The notes below the pieces were generated by a model. The model had not been told where the DNA came from. It made no database searches and was given only the letters and a program-made list of their open reading frames with translations. Made by a program: the position numbers and the translations under genes. From Isurus oxyrinchus (Eukaryota), in contig JANJGN010000018.1 in NCBI GenBank assembly GCA_026770705.1, positions 9,176,001 through 9,240,000 on the forward strand: 64,000 nucleotides of DNA, in the 5' to 3' direction. This document shows, piece after piece, positions 51,105 through 64,000 of this stretch (position 1 is its first letter; every line of letters starts with the position of its first letter).

Positions 51105-52129
51105 TTAGGTTAAAATAATACTCGTCACTGATCTGAAAAGGCAAGGGTATGTAAGCCTAAGAGGAAGGTAAACTGCTGCTCCTAGAGTTTTCGTTGAGTT
51201 TCATTGGAACAGTGTAAGACAGAGGTCATCAGGAAACCTGGGAGGGGGAATTAAAAGGGAAGGTCATGAGCAATAGGGCAAAGTATTTCATCTGCAAATG
51301 GTCTCCCCGCGTTGAGGAGACCACACCTTGATGTCTTACATCCAAGGAGTATTTGAGGCCCTGGAAATGGTATGGTAAGAGATGAATAGGCAAGTGTTGT
51401 TTTGTTCCTGCAGTTGCACGGAAAGATAAAATGGGAAGGTTAATTCAGGCACAAGATACGCCTTAGAGTTGTCAGTGACAGTGCTTTTCAGTGCAGAACT
51501 GAGGGAGTGCCATATTGCCTTGGCTGCCATCTTTCAGATAAGATGTTTAACTGAGACTACGTGAATATTCAGGGAGTCGTCAAAATATCCATTATCCTAT
51601 TTGAAAAAGAGCAGAAGGGCTCTTCTTGCATTCTTCCTAACATTTAATCCGTCAATCAACACTGCCAAAGACAGCTCTCATTTGTGGGATCTTGCTGTGT
51701 GCAAATTGGCTCTGCATGCATATATAATAACAATGTCTGCACTTCAAAAATAACCCAGTAGCAGTGAAACACTTTGAAACATTCCGAGGAAACGTGAAAG
51801 ACGCTATATAAATACAAGAGAGGTACAATTCAATAGCTCCCAAAAACAGCCGCTGGTATCAGAATGGGGGATTAACCCATGCCTATTCCTCCCAGTGCAG
51901 GCAGCACGTAAACATTGCGCTGCCTATTCATTTACATGATAGCATGCATCCCAGCACTGAATGTGCTGTTGAATGGTTGCATTTCTCAGTCACAGAGGCC
52001 CCTGTCTATGCTAGGCTATCACCAATTAAAGCTGAACACCACCACTTAAAGCCAGCCTGCCCCTCTGAAAAGGGAGGTCCATCCTAGCTGTGGTAGGTGT
52101 TCGACGTCACTGAAGAGTGTCTAACTTGA

Positions 52130-54130
52130 AACAAGAGTGAATATGGAGCATCCTCCAAGGTGCCCTGACACAGCACAGGAGGCCCTCTGGTATTGGATGG
52201 ACAGAAGGAGAAAGGTCTCGCATCTACAGGTGTTGGGAAACTTTTCAGACAAATTTTGCAAAGACAGCAGGACCCAGATAGTCATAAAAACAAAAAACTG
52301 TGGATGCTGGAAATCCAAAACAAAAACAGAATTACCTGGAAAAACTCAGCAGGTCTGGCAGCATCGGCGGAGAAGAAAAGAGTTGACGTTTCGAGTCCTC
52401 GTGACCCTTCGACAGAACTAGATAGTCATCGCTGTCAATGCAAGTAGTGTAGCCTGGAGGACCTGATGTGCAGAAAGAGATATAATGAACTCAGGAGTAA
52501 TCATGCACGATGAATTTATCCTCAAATGCCACATTCATAAAACTGAACGAGTACCTCACTACCCTACTCAATTCACCATACCCTTTCACTCAGCTACTAA
52601 CAACAACTGTAAAATGCAATTTATACCTCACATTCAAAGCTTCCCCTCAGCCTCACAAACCCAGCACGGCTGCAAGCCTCATATCCACATCTTGGACCTT
52701 GCACACACTGCCAACAATGACAGTCACACCAAACAAACCCTTTGCCCCATGAAAAGGCAGCAGGTAACTAGCAGCGGGAAGCATGGCTTCACCTCCTCAC
52801 CCCAGCTGAGGAGACAGTGCCAAGGCAAATGGAAGACTAAGTGGGTGCACAAGGGTCAACAGTTGGCATATGTATGGAACTTTGGATGGCTTTTTTTGAT
52901 AAAGTTGGTTCAGAAAGTTTGCTTTGAGGCAGCTTTTACTTCAGCAATTGCAGCCAAGAGAACGCTGTGATGGTCAGTGACAGAGGGATGGTGAGGAGTA
53001 GGAACACTGATGAATGGGGAACTCGTGTTGTGTTCAGAGATGCAGCTGTCAGAAGGGCTGGTCGCCTCCTCTGCTTTTTCCTCCTCAGCTGCTCACAGTA
53101 TACCTGGTGGAAAGATATGTGCTTTCATAATGGTGAGGCTGTACAGGATGCAGCAAATCATGATGAATCATAACATGCTCTCTGGAAAATACTGCAGGGC
53201 TCCTCCACAGTGGTCCAGGCAGCAGAAGCATCGCTTAAACAACCCCAAGGATTTTCTTGATGACATTCCATGTGGCAGAGGCTCTCATTCAATGCATGCT
53301 GCCCAAGTGTCCTTGGGTTATGTAGCAAAGTCGTGAACCAGGTGGTCAGCCCTTGTCACCCAGTAACTACCCTCTGATCTTTTCTGATGGCAGAAATGTT
53401 GATGGTACAGCCAAGTGGCACAGGACATAGGCAGCCTGACTGATATTTGGATATCAGATATTGACCTGATACTGGCCAATGCCCTGAGCATGTTTGTATA
53501 CCAGTTGCACACTAGGGGAATGGAAATATTTATGATTTATGCGGTGCAACAAAACAACGTGTGTGAAATCAATAGTACCCTATATCATAGGGAAGCCCCA
53601 GTATCCTGGCAAAGCCATGTGCTTATGTAAGCCATCTGCTTACTTGTCTCTGGAAAGAGAGAATGAAATGGCTTCCCTTCTCTTTGCACATTGGTCATCT
53701 CCCTTATATAACAGTGGGCAGCAAACTGCAAGATGTTAGAAGTTTCCCCTGCTCTAGCCTGGAAGAAGCCAGACACATAAACGTTCATGGCCGTGGTCAC
53801 CGACACAGCCACTGGTAGTGCCGTCCTTCCCCTGCTCTGTGGTTGTAGGCCTACCAGCAGCAAGTAGCGGATTTCACTGAGCCCCTCCTTAGCATAGTGA
53901 AAACATCTAGCGTACAGTTCCCCTCTGAAGTTGAGGTAGCAGAATTTCTCAATGAAAACCTTGGGCAGTTTTGGCCTCCTGCTGAGACATCTTCTCCCCT
54001 CTTCTCGCTCTCTTCAGGTAGCTTGTCCTACTCCGTGTAACCTTTACTCATTCTCTTTGTCACGCTGCAGGTGGAGATACAAACCACTGCCCCATGGCTG
54101 GTATCAAGTGGCCTGAGCAGATCTCCTGAA
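52130..54130. mobile_element. Old degenerate Harbinger (Myb remnant on plus, transposase on minus)
   Basis: Plus strand: PPRCPDTAQEAL. Minus strand, about 53100-53260: ILGLFKRCFCCLDHCGGALQYFPE..IMICCIL; ctcaacttcagagggg near 53935. Confidence 0.7.
52286..52419 (-). mobile_element. 134-bp PLE insertion consisting of a hammerhead plus 3' tail
   Basis: Hammerhead at 52381-52419; perfect TSD agatagtcat at 52276-52285 and 52420-52429. Confidence 0.92.
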
Positions 54131-54209
54131 GTGAGAACTGGAGTTTTCGCCATGTGCCGCACTATCTCCCCGTAGGTATCACCAATTTTAAACAACAGTA
54201 GAAACCATG

Positions 54210-54712
54210 ACAAAAATAAAAATACCTGGAAAAACTCAGCAGGTCTGGCAGCATCTGCGGAGAGGAACATGGTTAATGTTTCGAGTCCGTATGGCTCTTC
54301 AACAAACTAAGTAAAAATAGAAAAGAGGTGAAATATAAGCTGGTTTAAGGGGCAGGGGGAGGATAGAGCTGGATAGAGGGCCAGTGATAGGTGGAGATAG
54401 CCAAAAGATGTCATAGACAAAAGGACAAAGAGGTGTTGAAGGTGGTGATATTATCTAAGGAATGTGCTAATTAAGGGTAGAAAGTAGGACAAGCAAGGTA
54501 CAGATAGCCCTAGTGGGGGTGGGGTGAAGAGAAGGGATCAAAATAGGCTAAAAGGTGGAGATAAAACAATGGATGGAAATACATTTAAAAATAATGGAAA
54601 TAGGTGGGAAAAGAAAAATCTATATAAATTATTGGAAAAAAAGGGGGGGATCGGAAAGGGGGTGGGGATGGAGGAGAGAGTTCATGATCTAAAATTGTTG
54701 AACTCAATATTC
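54210..54712 (-). mobile_element. PLE 3' UTR fragment
   Basis: Ends ...NIEFNNFRS*; degenerate hammerhead at about 54271-54309; TSD aaccatg at 54203-54209 and 54713-54719. Confidence 0.85.
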
Positions 54713-54959
54713 AACCATGGAACACTTCTACCAAGCAGCAGCCAGTACAAATCAACACAACCAACCTGGGACTGTCTGATGATTCCTTTAACTAACGCTG
54801 GTGTAAACGGGTGGGGTGGGGGGTTGTAGTGTAAAGGTTAGCAGAATGGATATGCTAATGTATGACGTAGCTGATGACGTAGTTGATGATGTATCACTGA
54901 CATCAGTCAGTCATGTGTTAGACTCGAGAGAGAGAGAGAGAGAGAGAGAGGTAGGAACC

Positions 54960-55509
54960 CATGAATTTTTTCCTTGGTGGGCCAGGGAGTGGTCAGGAAA
55001 CGAGCTCCCGACCACAATCGGCCCCCCTCAATCGTGATTTCACGCTGGCCGGCCAATTAATGGCAAAGCTCAGCGCTGGGGGCGGGAAGAAAGTGGGCAA
55101 CAATGTCTCCGCGGACGTGGGTGAGCGCTTCGAGAGAGCGCCCTGAAGGCAGATGGCTGTATCAGGGAGCTGCAGACCTGCAAGTAACAAAATAAAGCAG
55201 AAAAGAGCTGCAAAAAATGTCCATGTATCACAATGAAACGCCTGAAAGCAGACCTCATAAAAATGCTGTCCCCAGATATTTCTTTTTGATTTATTTCCTA
55301 ATGGGGATTTCATCCTGCCCTTGGATGAGGTTTCATCAAAAATGTAAAGACTATCAGTCCCGCCAACCGTGAGGTTGGATGGGCCACGGAAAATCGCTGA
55401 CAATTGCTCCATTAATGAGCTTAAATGACGCTCGCCCTACATCACCTCGCAAGATTTTACGCCCGTTCGGATTGGGTGCGTGCTGCCCACAGAACATAAA
55501 ATCCTGCCC
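54960..55509. mobile_element. Harbinger-type MITE (family of 657-1262)
   Basis: atgaatttt...aaaatcctgccc termini; shared cgtgatttcacgctggc and gatgaggttt blocks. Confidence 0.65.
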
Positions 55510-57584
55510 ACCATGTTCAGGATCCAACATACCTACTGTAACCTGTTTAGATGTAGTATGAATAAACCTGTTCTAAGCAAATACCAGAGTACAACTAGCC
55601 TGTCTGAGGGAAGATAGGTCGCGCATACCAGTAACCAAGAACCAAGCCAAGAGCCCACAGATTGGAGGGACCATTCCAAAACAAGGGTGGGGGCAGTGGG
55701 TGGAGAGTTCCTTCCTGCCCATACTCAGCTGTGTGAGGTTAAGAGAGGGCATTAGCTGGAGCCGCGAGCTTGGCAATGGCGTATCAAAGCTCCACCTTGA
55801 CTGATGTGATGACCTGCCTATACTGCATATTTCCATCACATGTTCCTAGTGCCGGTGTTACTGAACTACCAAAAATAGCATCTGGCATGGTCACCCCAGA
55901 AGTGTGCACACGATGTGTGGAGACCATTTTGAACCTGAAATAGCGCTCATTATGCCTAAAATACAGGAACTACAGAGCTGAAATTTGCAGCCAAGTCCCT
56001 TCTTTTATCTTTCAGCTTGGCACTCTACAGTAGCCTGGCCTGAACATATTTATAAAATACAATAGATATAATCTATCAATCTGAATTTCAGAAATAAATT
56101 GGTTACAGGTACACATTAATGCTTAATGCAGTCAGTCAAAATGTCAAAATAAGCAACAACCTTTGAATTATTCAAAGCATCTCAATTTCAGAAAATTGTT
56201 CATCAAGCTCAAACATTAAGAGGTTTTATTCATCAATAATTACAGCTACTGTAATTACATTTTGAAAGTATGTACCAGCAGAGAATGCTACATTGTTGAT
56301 TGTATTAAGCTTGAGAAGATAAGTCCAAAACATTCTACATGTAGCAACAACTCAACACTTATAAAGCACCTCGAACATAGGAATAATCCCAGGACACTTC
56401 ACAGAGGTGTAATCAGACAAAAGTGGATTCCATGAAGGAGATGTTAGGAGAAGTGACCAAAAGTTTGGGTTTTTAGTAGGTCTTGGCTAAATGTACTGCC
56501 TGAGTAGAAGCTAACATCCACTCTACATAATGAAGGACTTCTTGTTTCAGAGTTTCAGTATGTTATAATGGTGTTTATCAGTGACCACAGTTCAACTCTA
56601 CCATAGATTCTTTCATAGATAACAAAGCCTGTACTTTCCATTAGCAAATTACTCTCAGAATGACATTCTGGGATTTGGGCTATAGAACCTATTTTTCATT
56701 GTCAGCTGTCTTTGTGATTTTCCTTAAACACTGTATTGTAGAGAAATGACATCACTGCATCATTTACCTGGGTCAGAACCTTTGAGGGTAATTTACTGCT
56801 CATCAATTGAAATAAATTTTCAGGATGTTCTGTACCACCACAAAAGCACAGTCAAGACTATATTGTGAGACATGGATTGTTCTGTCCCTCCCACTGGCTA
56901 TTATGAAATCCTACTCTTTGCTAATATACTCTTAAGCTTTCAGCACCAACCTTAATTCTTTTTTATCATACTTACCATTACTTTCTCCTTGTTTGCTTCT
57001 CTCTTAAAATAGTTGTGTTTATCTCATTCAATATGAGGCAACGGTCATCTTTACAGAGCAAGATGAACGTTTCTAGCACTCGTTCAGAAGACCCCTTACA
57101 TATTCTCTAATGTTACAGTCTAATGATGGCACTGCATATGATAAAAGCTAATAATGTCAACCACAAATAAAAATACTTGCTAAAATATGTTGTTGTATGC
57201 AATCAAGCAAAATATCAACATCAAACATATCAGCCACTTAATATTGTCAAAATCTTAGAAGATTTAATCATATTCCACTGTGTTACATTATGATAATTTG
57301 AATAATCTAACTGTGCAACTTTATTCTGAGATATTTCTGTGCTGAAGTCATTTCAGTAATATTAATTTTAAGGATTATTATTCTTTTATTTGGAAAAATA
57401 ACAAAGCATTATTATTAATCCTATTTTGATGTAATAATTAGGGAGCTATCATTCAGGTTTAATGCTGTTTCTCTTGTACGATTCTACAAATGCATATAAA
57501 TTGTTTTAACCCTAAATACTTGCCCCAATATCACCTCCTTTTACATCCCTTTGGTCAATTAATCACTCTGCCCTCCATTGAATC

Positions 57585-57790
57585 AGAAATCATTCCCATT
57601 TGTGTTCCCTGCCCCCTCCTTCACCTGGCTCTGTACTTTGGTTAAAAGCTGTTCATCTCTAACATTTTCCAGTTCTGATGAAATGTCATTGACCTGAAAT
57701 GTTAACTTTGTTTCTCGCTCCACAGTTGATGCCAGACCTACTGAGTATTTGCAGCATTTTCTGCTTGTGTTTTTACATTCCATATCTTGT
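57585..57790 (+). mobile_element. Old PLE 3' end with a canonical hammerhead core (57671-57707)
   Basis: AGUU-CUGAUGA-A-AUGUC-auu-GACCU-GAAA-UGUU-AACU followed by gatgccagacctactgagtattt. Confidence 0.7.
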
Positions 57791-59477
57791 GATTTTTCAC
57801 AAGATTACAGCAGGTACATCTAAAAATTTGCTATCTTGTTATTTCGGTGTGAAGAGCTCATCACAGGAAGCTCACCCACTGATGGCGCACTGTCAGTTAG
57901 ACTCATTAAGAGCCACTTGAGAGCAGTTATCCTGTCGCCCACCAGATTCGATAGTGATTTATGGTTTAAATGGAGCTCACACGTGGGTCTCATGCACCTC
58001 CCTAAATCTGACCAGAAAACCCTGTCAGATTTGCTTGCGACCTCATAGGGAGGGATCTCTTATTCATAGGCACTCAGTGCCCGATTGAGGGACCTGGCAT
58101 CGGGAAGCGGTGTGGACTCACTGAAAGCAAGCCCTCTGGCCTTCCTAAAATGGAAAAAAATAGTTCGGACCGGTACACTTATTTCCCAGTTTTTACTGTT
58201 TTTTACCTTCTGGATTGAATCTAAGCTTTCATCTTAAGAGCATCATGAAATTCAAAAACCTTCCAATATATTTCATTAATTTTACTCAGTGGTACATCTA
58301 ACTAATGTCTCCATAACATGGCTCGATCATTATTCAGAAATTCATACAGCCCTTCCAAAATCAATGTACACATGTGCATTCAATATTAAGTTGAATGCAA
58401 AATATCCAGCTCATCAAAACCCGACAGCCTGAATGTGGCAATCATTTTGTAAAAGTTGTTAAGCTCATTATTCATGTCAACTAACAAAACCGAATATCAT
58501 AGTTCTTTCCAACAGCACTGTAAAAATGTACCAAGGTTCCAACAATAATCACTAGCAAACAATCCAAATTTTAAATTATAGTATCAACAATGTTCACAGA
58601 GCTAAACGAGATAAAGTGAGTTATGCATTTCAAATCTTGATTCAGCCATAGCCCACAGAAATCAAGGCTCTTTGCTTTGGGTTGCTTGAATCACATCCCA
58701 CCTGTCATGAATCCTGATATACACATTGTAAATTGTGTTCAATCCATTGCTGACGCAAGAATCTCATTGTTTTGGAACACCAGTCATGTTGCTTTTGTAT
58801 TGAATTCTTAATGTTGGCACATTATCCCTTTGGGCATAGATCAACATCAGTAGTGCTGCATAAAAGGGTAAACAAACATCAGCATATTATGAGTGACACC
58901 ATCTGAAAAAGATCACCTTGCATTAGTAAAGATGAACACTAGCCAGTATAAAGTAGCTGATGCAAAGCCTAGCAATAATAAAAAAAATTTAAAGTTTAAA
59001 TACAAACTCAACAGGACAATTCGTTTGCAAAGAATAAGAAATGCTGAGTACTTGATGAAGGGACTGAATGTAGGGTTGTTAAATTTGCTGATAATACAAA
59101 AATTGGTAGGAAAGTAATCCGTGAGAATGACATAATTGTAACTTCCAAGTTCCCTGCTGTCCAATTTGGGGGGTCTTCCCCAAGGATGCGCTGGGGAACC
59201 CCTCTCGGAACTTCACAGGAAAGGATTTGCATGCCAAGGCCCAGAGGTGCAAACTTCCTCTGGGCCATTGCCCTGCTCTGGGAACATCAGAAAATGCAAT
59301 TTAAATTGCAAACTTCAGATGGTTCGGGCTGTGTTACACAAATAGTTACTGAGAAAATATTATAGGATATAAAACCTCTTCTAACTTCTGGGTAACTATT
59401 GTAAAGACACAAAGCAGCACCACCCCCCTACCCCCACCACCCCCCACCACCACCCCCCGCCACACCCCCGACCCCCA

Positions 59478-60385
59478 GAGTCACAGAATCACAGTGCAGA
59501 AGAGGCCCTTCGGCCCATTGAGTCTGCACCGACAGGTGAGAAACACCTGACCTACCTACGCAATCCCATTTACCAGCACTTGGCCCATGGCCTTGAATAT
59601 TATGAAGTGCCAAGTGCTCATCCAGGTACTTTTTAAAGGATGTGAGGCAACCAGCCTCCACCACCCTCCCAGGCAGTGCATTCCAGACCGTCACCACCCT
59701 CTGGGTAAAAAGGTTTTTCCTCACATCCCCCCTAAACCTCTTGCCCCTCACCTTGAACTTATGTCCTCTTGTGACTGACCCTTCAACTAAGGGGAACAGC
59801 TGCTCCATATCTACCCTGTCCATGCCCCTCATAATCTTGTACACCTCGATCAGGGAGCCCCTCAGTCTTCTCTACTCCAACCTCTCTTCATAGCTTAAAT
59901 GTTTCATCCCAGGCAACATCCTGGTGAATCTCCTCTGCACCCCCTCCAGTGCAATCACATCCTCCCTATAATATAGTGACCAGAACTGCACACAATACTC
60001 CAGCTGCAGTCTCACCAAAGTTCTATACAACTCCAACATGACCTCCCTACTTTTGTAATCTATGCCTCGATTGATAAATGCAAGTGCCCCATATGCCTTT
60101 TTCACCATCCCACTAACATGCCCCTCTGCCTTCAGAGATCTATGGGCACACACGCCAAGGTCCCATTATTCCTTAGAACTTCCTAGTGCCATGCCTTTCA
60201 TTGAATACTTCCTTGTCAAATTACTCCTTCCAAAGTGTATCGCCTCACACTTTTCAGGGTTAATTTCCATCTGCCATTTATCTGCCCATTTGACCATCCC
60301 GTCTATATCTTCCTGTAGCCCAAGACACTCAACCTCACTGTTAACCACCCAGCCATCTTTGTGTCATCCGCAAACTTACTAATCC
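59478..60385 (-). mobile_element. Relatively young CR1 3' fragment
   Basis: SKFADDTK, WQMEINPEKC, LEYCVQFWS, TRGHKFKV and FTQRVV.VWNALP; tail tgattctgtgactct. Confidence 0.92.
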
Positions 60386-60399
60386 TAGTCGCAGCCCAT

Positions 60400-61340
60400 G
60401 CCCTGACTATCCCCCCCCCCACCCCACACTAATTCCCCACCACCTCCGACCATCCATGAGATTCTCTCCGACCCACCCGACTTGATTACAACCCCCCCAC
60501 CCCCACCCCTGAAGGCCTGGCCAGGCCCAACCCTCCACCCCCAGCAGGCCTAACCCTCCCACCCCGCAGTACTGATCCCCAATCCCCCAATCCCACAGGT
60601 CTGAGCCCCACTGCCCCCGTCCCAACCTGACCCGACCCGACCTGATCCCCCTCCCCCTCAATCTCCCAACCCAACCTGACATCCCCCCAACCTCCGACAC
60701 CTCCCGTGGGGCCTGACCTCACTCCCACCCCTCCTCGATGTCCAACCCACCTCTCCAATATCTGACCCCTCCACCTCCCCCGATGTCCCCTTCCCTAATA
60801 TCTGACAGATTCCCTACTACTCCAATGTCCAAGCCCCCCATCCCCGCCACCGACATCCGGCCTTACCACCCCCGCCCAATATCTGACACCCCTCCTGATG
60901 CCTAAACAACCTCCACCTCCACGGTGTCAGCACCCCCACACCCCCTCCAGATGTCTGACACCCCCAACCCCCCTACCCCCACCGGATGTGTGACAACCCC
61001 CCACCCCTCCTGATGTCCAACACACCCCACCCCCTCCAGTGTCCGAGCCTCAACCCCACCTGATGACCGACAGACCCCAACCCTCTGATGTACGACGTCC
61101 CCCACCATTCCTGATATCTGACACACCCCCAATCCTCCCAATGCCCAAGCCCCCACTGCCCCCCTCCCCCATTGTCCCACCCCTACCCCCCCTCCAATGT
61201 CCAACCCCACCCCTCCCGATGTCCCATGCCCCCCTATTCCCCCGATATCTGACACCTCCTCATCAACCAATCCCCCCCACCTCCCCACCTGACCTCCAAT
61301 CCCCCTCAGACCCCAAGTCCTATCCACACCTTAGGCACTC
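60400..61340. repeat. C-rich degenerate tandem array
   Basis: Recurrent cccgatgtcc and atatctgacacccc units with strong C skew. Confidence 0.8.
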
Positions 61341-63462
61341 ACCTTCTCCCTGGTCTTTAGATTTCAATCTGAACTTTAAACTTACCTGGTTTACAGCGGC
61401 TTGTACTGTACAAAAGGGGTCACGTCCTCCTTCAGTTCAACTCTGCTGGACTGAAGCCCTGGGCTTCAGAGAGAGCTGCGCTGCCTGGATCTTGTCCGGC
61501 CTGAGTCAGAAGGTCGGGCAAGGCAGGCACAGAAGAAACTTCACGTTAAGTAATTGAGCACGGAGCGGCCAATTGATGCTGATTGCCACTCTGAGGAAGT
61601 TATGGCCCAATGAGTCTGCAAAGGGATATAGATAGGTTAAGTGAGCGGGCAAAAATTTGGCAGGTGGAGTATAATGTGGGACAGTGTGATTGCAGAACCC
61701 TGAGGTAAAGAAGAGTCTGGGTGTCCTGGTAGGTGAATCAGGAAAAGTTAGTATGCAGGTATAGTGAGTGATTAGGGAGGCAAGTGGTATGTTGTTGTTT
61801 ATTGCATGGGGAATGGAATATAAAAGTATGGATGTTTTGTTACAGTTCTACAGGGCATTGATGGGACCAGATCTAGAGTACTGTGTACAGCTTTTGTATC
61901 TTTATTTAAGAAATTATATAAATGCATTCGAAGCAGTTCAGGGAAGGTTCACTTGGCTGATATCTGGGATGGGAGAGCTATCTTAAAAGGAAAGTTTGGA
62001 CAGGCTGGACCTGTACCATTGGAGTTTAGAAGATTGAGAGGGGATCTTGTTGAAAAATATAAGATCCTGAGGGGGCTTGACAGGGTGGATGGTGAAAAGA
62101 TGTTTCCCCTTGTGGGAGCAACCGGAACTAGGGGGCACAGGTTAAAAATAATGGGTCTCCCATTTCTCTCAGAAGGTTGTGAGTCTTTAGAACTCTCTTG
62201 CCCAGACAACAGTGGAGGTCCGGTTACTGAATATTTTTAAGGCAGAGGTAGAGAGAGATTCTTGACTAACAAGGGAGTCAAAGGTTATTGGGGGTAGGCG
62301 GAATTTGGAGTTGAGGCCACAATCAAATCAGCCATGATCTTATTTAATAGCGGAGCTGGCTGGAGGGGGCCAATGGCCTACTCCTGTTCCTAATTTGTAT
62401 GTTCATATTTTTCAGCTCCTTTCAATCTATTAGAATCATATTGTGGAGTAGATCTTAGCTGTCTGCAACAGTGTGAAATGAGTGATTGCAAGTTCACAAC
62501 CTGTTTTAATCACTCCCAATTTTTGTTCTCACTGAAATCAACAGGAGTGACGTAAGACAGGCAGCCAATTCCCAATCGTGTAAGGTCAAGATCTACCACT
62601 ATGTATAGCATCATTTTCTACCTGAGCTTTGCATAAAAGGTCCTGGAGACATGTACTTGTTAACTTGTCACAGTAAGTCACTTGCCTTAGCTGTGAGCTC
62701 CTCTGGTGCAATTAACTACCCAGTGTTTTTCATTCTGCTCCTCACTCTCCAGGAAAAGAATGCTATGAAGCAGAGATTCTCCCTGCCTCATAGATTAAAG
62801 ATGCATAATTAAAGCTGCAGGCTCTGTGGTTTTAAGCAACATGTCTTCATTTGCACTATGAATCCAGAATTAGCTCTACTTCAAATAGCCTATAATTTAC
62901 TTTCAAAATATTCAGAAACAGTGCAGCAAATTCGGGCAAAGGTAGATGTGAAGTTAAACATGGAAATCCAAAAGTTGCTCTCCGAGTTGCACCGTTCTGC
63001 CATTGGCTTCTCAAAAACAGCGTCTCACTGAGTGGTTCCCCATTGACATGCATCAAGTGGTGCCAAGCTGCTGTATTTACACTGTAAGTACAAACAAAAC
63101 TCATCACAGACAGTCAACTCTTGTCCATTTCATTGATGTAATAATTGTTAATTTCTGCAAATCAACCTCCCTGCATTGTAAATGAACAATTACAATCTCA
63201 TTCCTTTAGCTTTTAATTGTTGTGCTAGATTTTAAGACACTGTAACTCCTGGAGCCAACTGGAAAGGCATCGGAGACTGTTGCACCTGGGCACTTGGCCT
63301 GTTCTGCAGCCAGCAGTGCATGCACAGATTCTCCTGTCAGGAGAGTGAGTGCGTGTTGTTTTGTTCCCAGGGCAGTTTAACACTTCAAAAAGGCCAGTTT
63401 AACTACTAATATTTTTATTTTGATGTATTGGAAAAAATTGAACAAGATGGAAAGATGATACA

Positions 63463-63535
63463 GCCCAGTTAGCTCAATTGATAGATAATTGGATTCTTAA
63501 TCCCAGGATCATGTTTTTAAGCCCCACATTGGGTG
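63463..63535 (+). pseudogene. tRNA-Lys(CTT) pseudogene
   Basis: 73-nt gap-free match to vertebrate tRNA-Lys-CTT (GCCC..TAGCTCA...CTTAATCCCAGG...AGCCCCAC.TTGGG.G); B box destroyed; T-run 5 nt downstream; no CCA. Confidence 0.85.
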
Positions 63536-64000
63536 ATGATTTTTTTTCTTAATTATTTTATTCTCAATACGTCTTTATTGATTTTTACCAATGGTGAATC
63601 TCCACAGTTAAGAAGGCTCTCGCCCAAACTAATTGGTTGCTGGGGGAAAAAAAATATCGATTTTTGCCGTTACAAGAGCAGAGCTGTTAAAATGGTTGCT
63701 CTCTGACTAGTTGCACCTTTTTTCCCCGTTAACTGATTTTGTTGCAAAGGAGAGAGTTATAAGACAGGAGATAGCAAAAAAAAATGCATAATTCAGTGCC
63801 AAAAAGCAGAGCTGCACTTAAAAGCATCTCTCACTTTGAACAGCCTGACACTGACACTACACATCAGGAAGTGTTCCCCCCCACCATCCCCCCCCACACA
63901 CCCCCCCCTCCCCCCACCGCCCCCCCCCACCCCACCCCCGAGTGTTGTGACACAAATAAACAATGCCATTTAAAAAAGTCTTCATTTTTATGAAATTTAA

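Larger units (their letters stand above)
59137..61608. mobile_element. Harbinger-like MITE containing a C-rich array and a CR1 insertion
   Basis: taacttcc...ggaagttatggccc termini; 3-bp TSD aat (59134-59136 and 61609-61611). Confidence 0.6.
59050..62406 (+). mobile_element. CR1 RT and 3' end split by a nested MITE
   Basis: LDEGTECRVVKFADNTKIGRKV (59050-59118) continues at 61612 with SLQRDIDRLSE, then LEYCVQ, LEFRRLRGDL and the 3' UTR. Confidence 0.85.

Noticed and set aside
56760-58970. Small minus-strand exon candidates in the AT-rich region
   Set aside because: Weak acceptors, inconsistent phases and no recognisable peptide.
60407-61557. Gly-rich and Pro-rich ORFs
   Set aside because: Translation of the low-complexity C-rich array.

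Overview
Eukaryotic, repeat-saturated intronic or intergenic DNA. The repeat families (CR1 and L2 LINEs, Deu-domain SINEs, Neptune-type Penelope-like elements (PLEs), PIF/Harbinger transposons with spliced Myb/SANT partner genes, Tx1, solo LTRs) suggest a cartilaginous fish (shark); the taxon is an inference. No host protein-coding gene could be identified with confidence, and almost all listed ORFs are TE-derived or spurious. Best-supported features: (i) a young PLE with a 626-codon uninterrupted RT + GIY-YIG frame (19696-21576, minus), plus about a dozen shorter PLE 3'-end insertions, most carrying a minimal type-I hammerhead ribozyme; in the young family the core reads CUGUCGA instead of CUGANGA; (ii) several of these PLE insertions are tiny fold-back (palindromic) or ribozyme-only inserts with clean 10-15 bp TSDs; (iii) a trimeric tRNA(Thr)-headed SINE-like insertion inside a single 15-bp TSD; (iv) a decayed R2-clade retrotransposon with no rDNA flank; (v) a near-complete two-gene Harbinger (45432-49807), and another Harbinger whose transposase core appears replaced by an inverted 260-bp copy of DNA lying about 7 kb away; (vi) a CpG-decayed tRNA-Lys(CTT) pseudogene.
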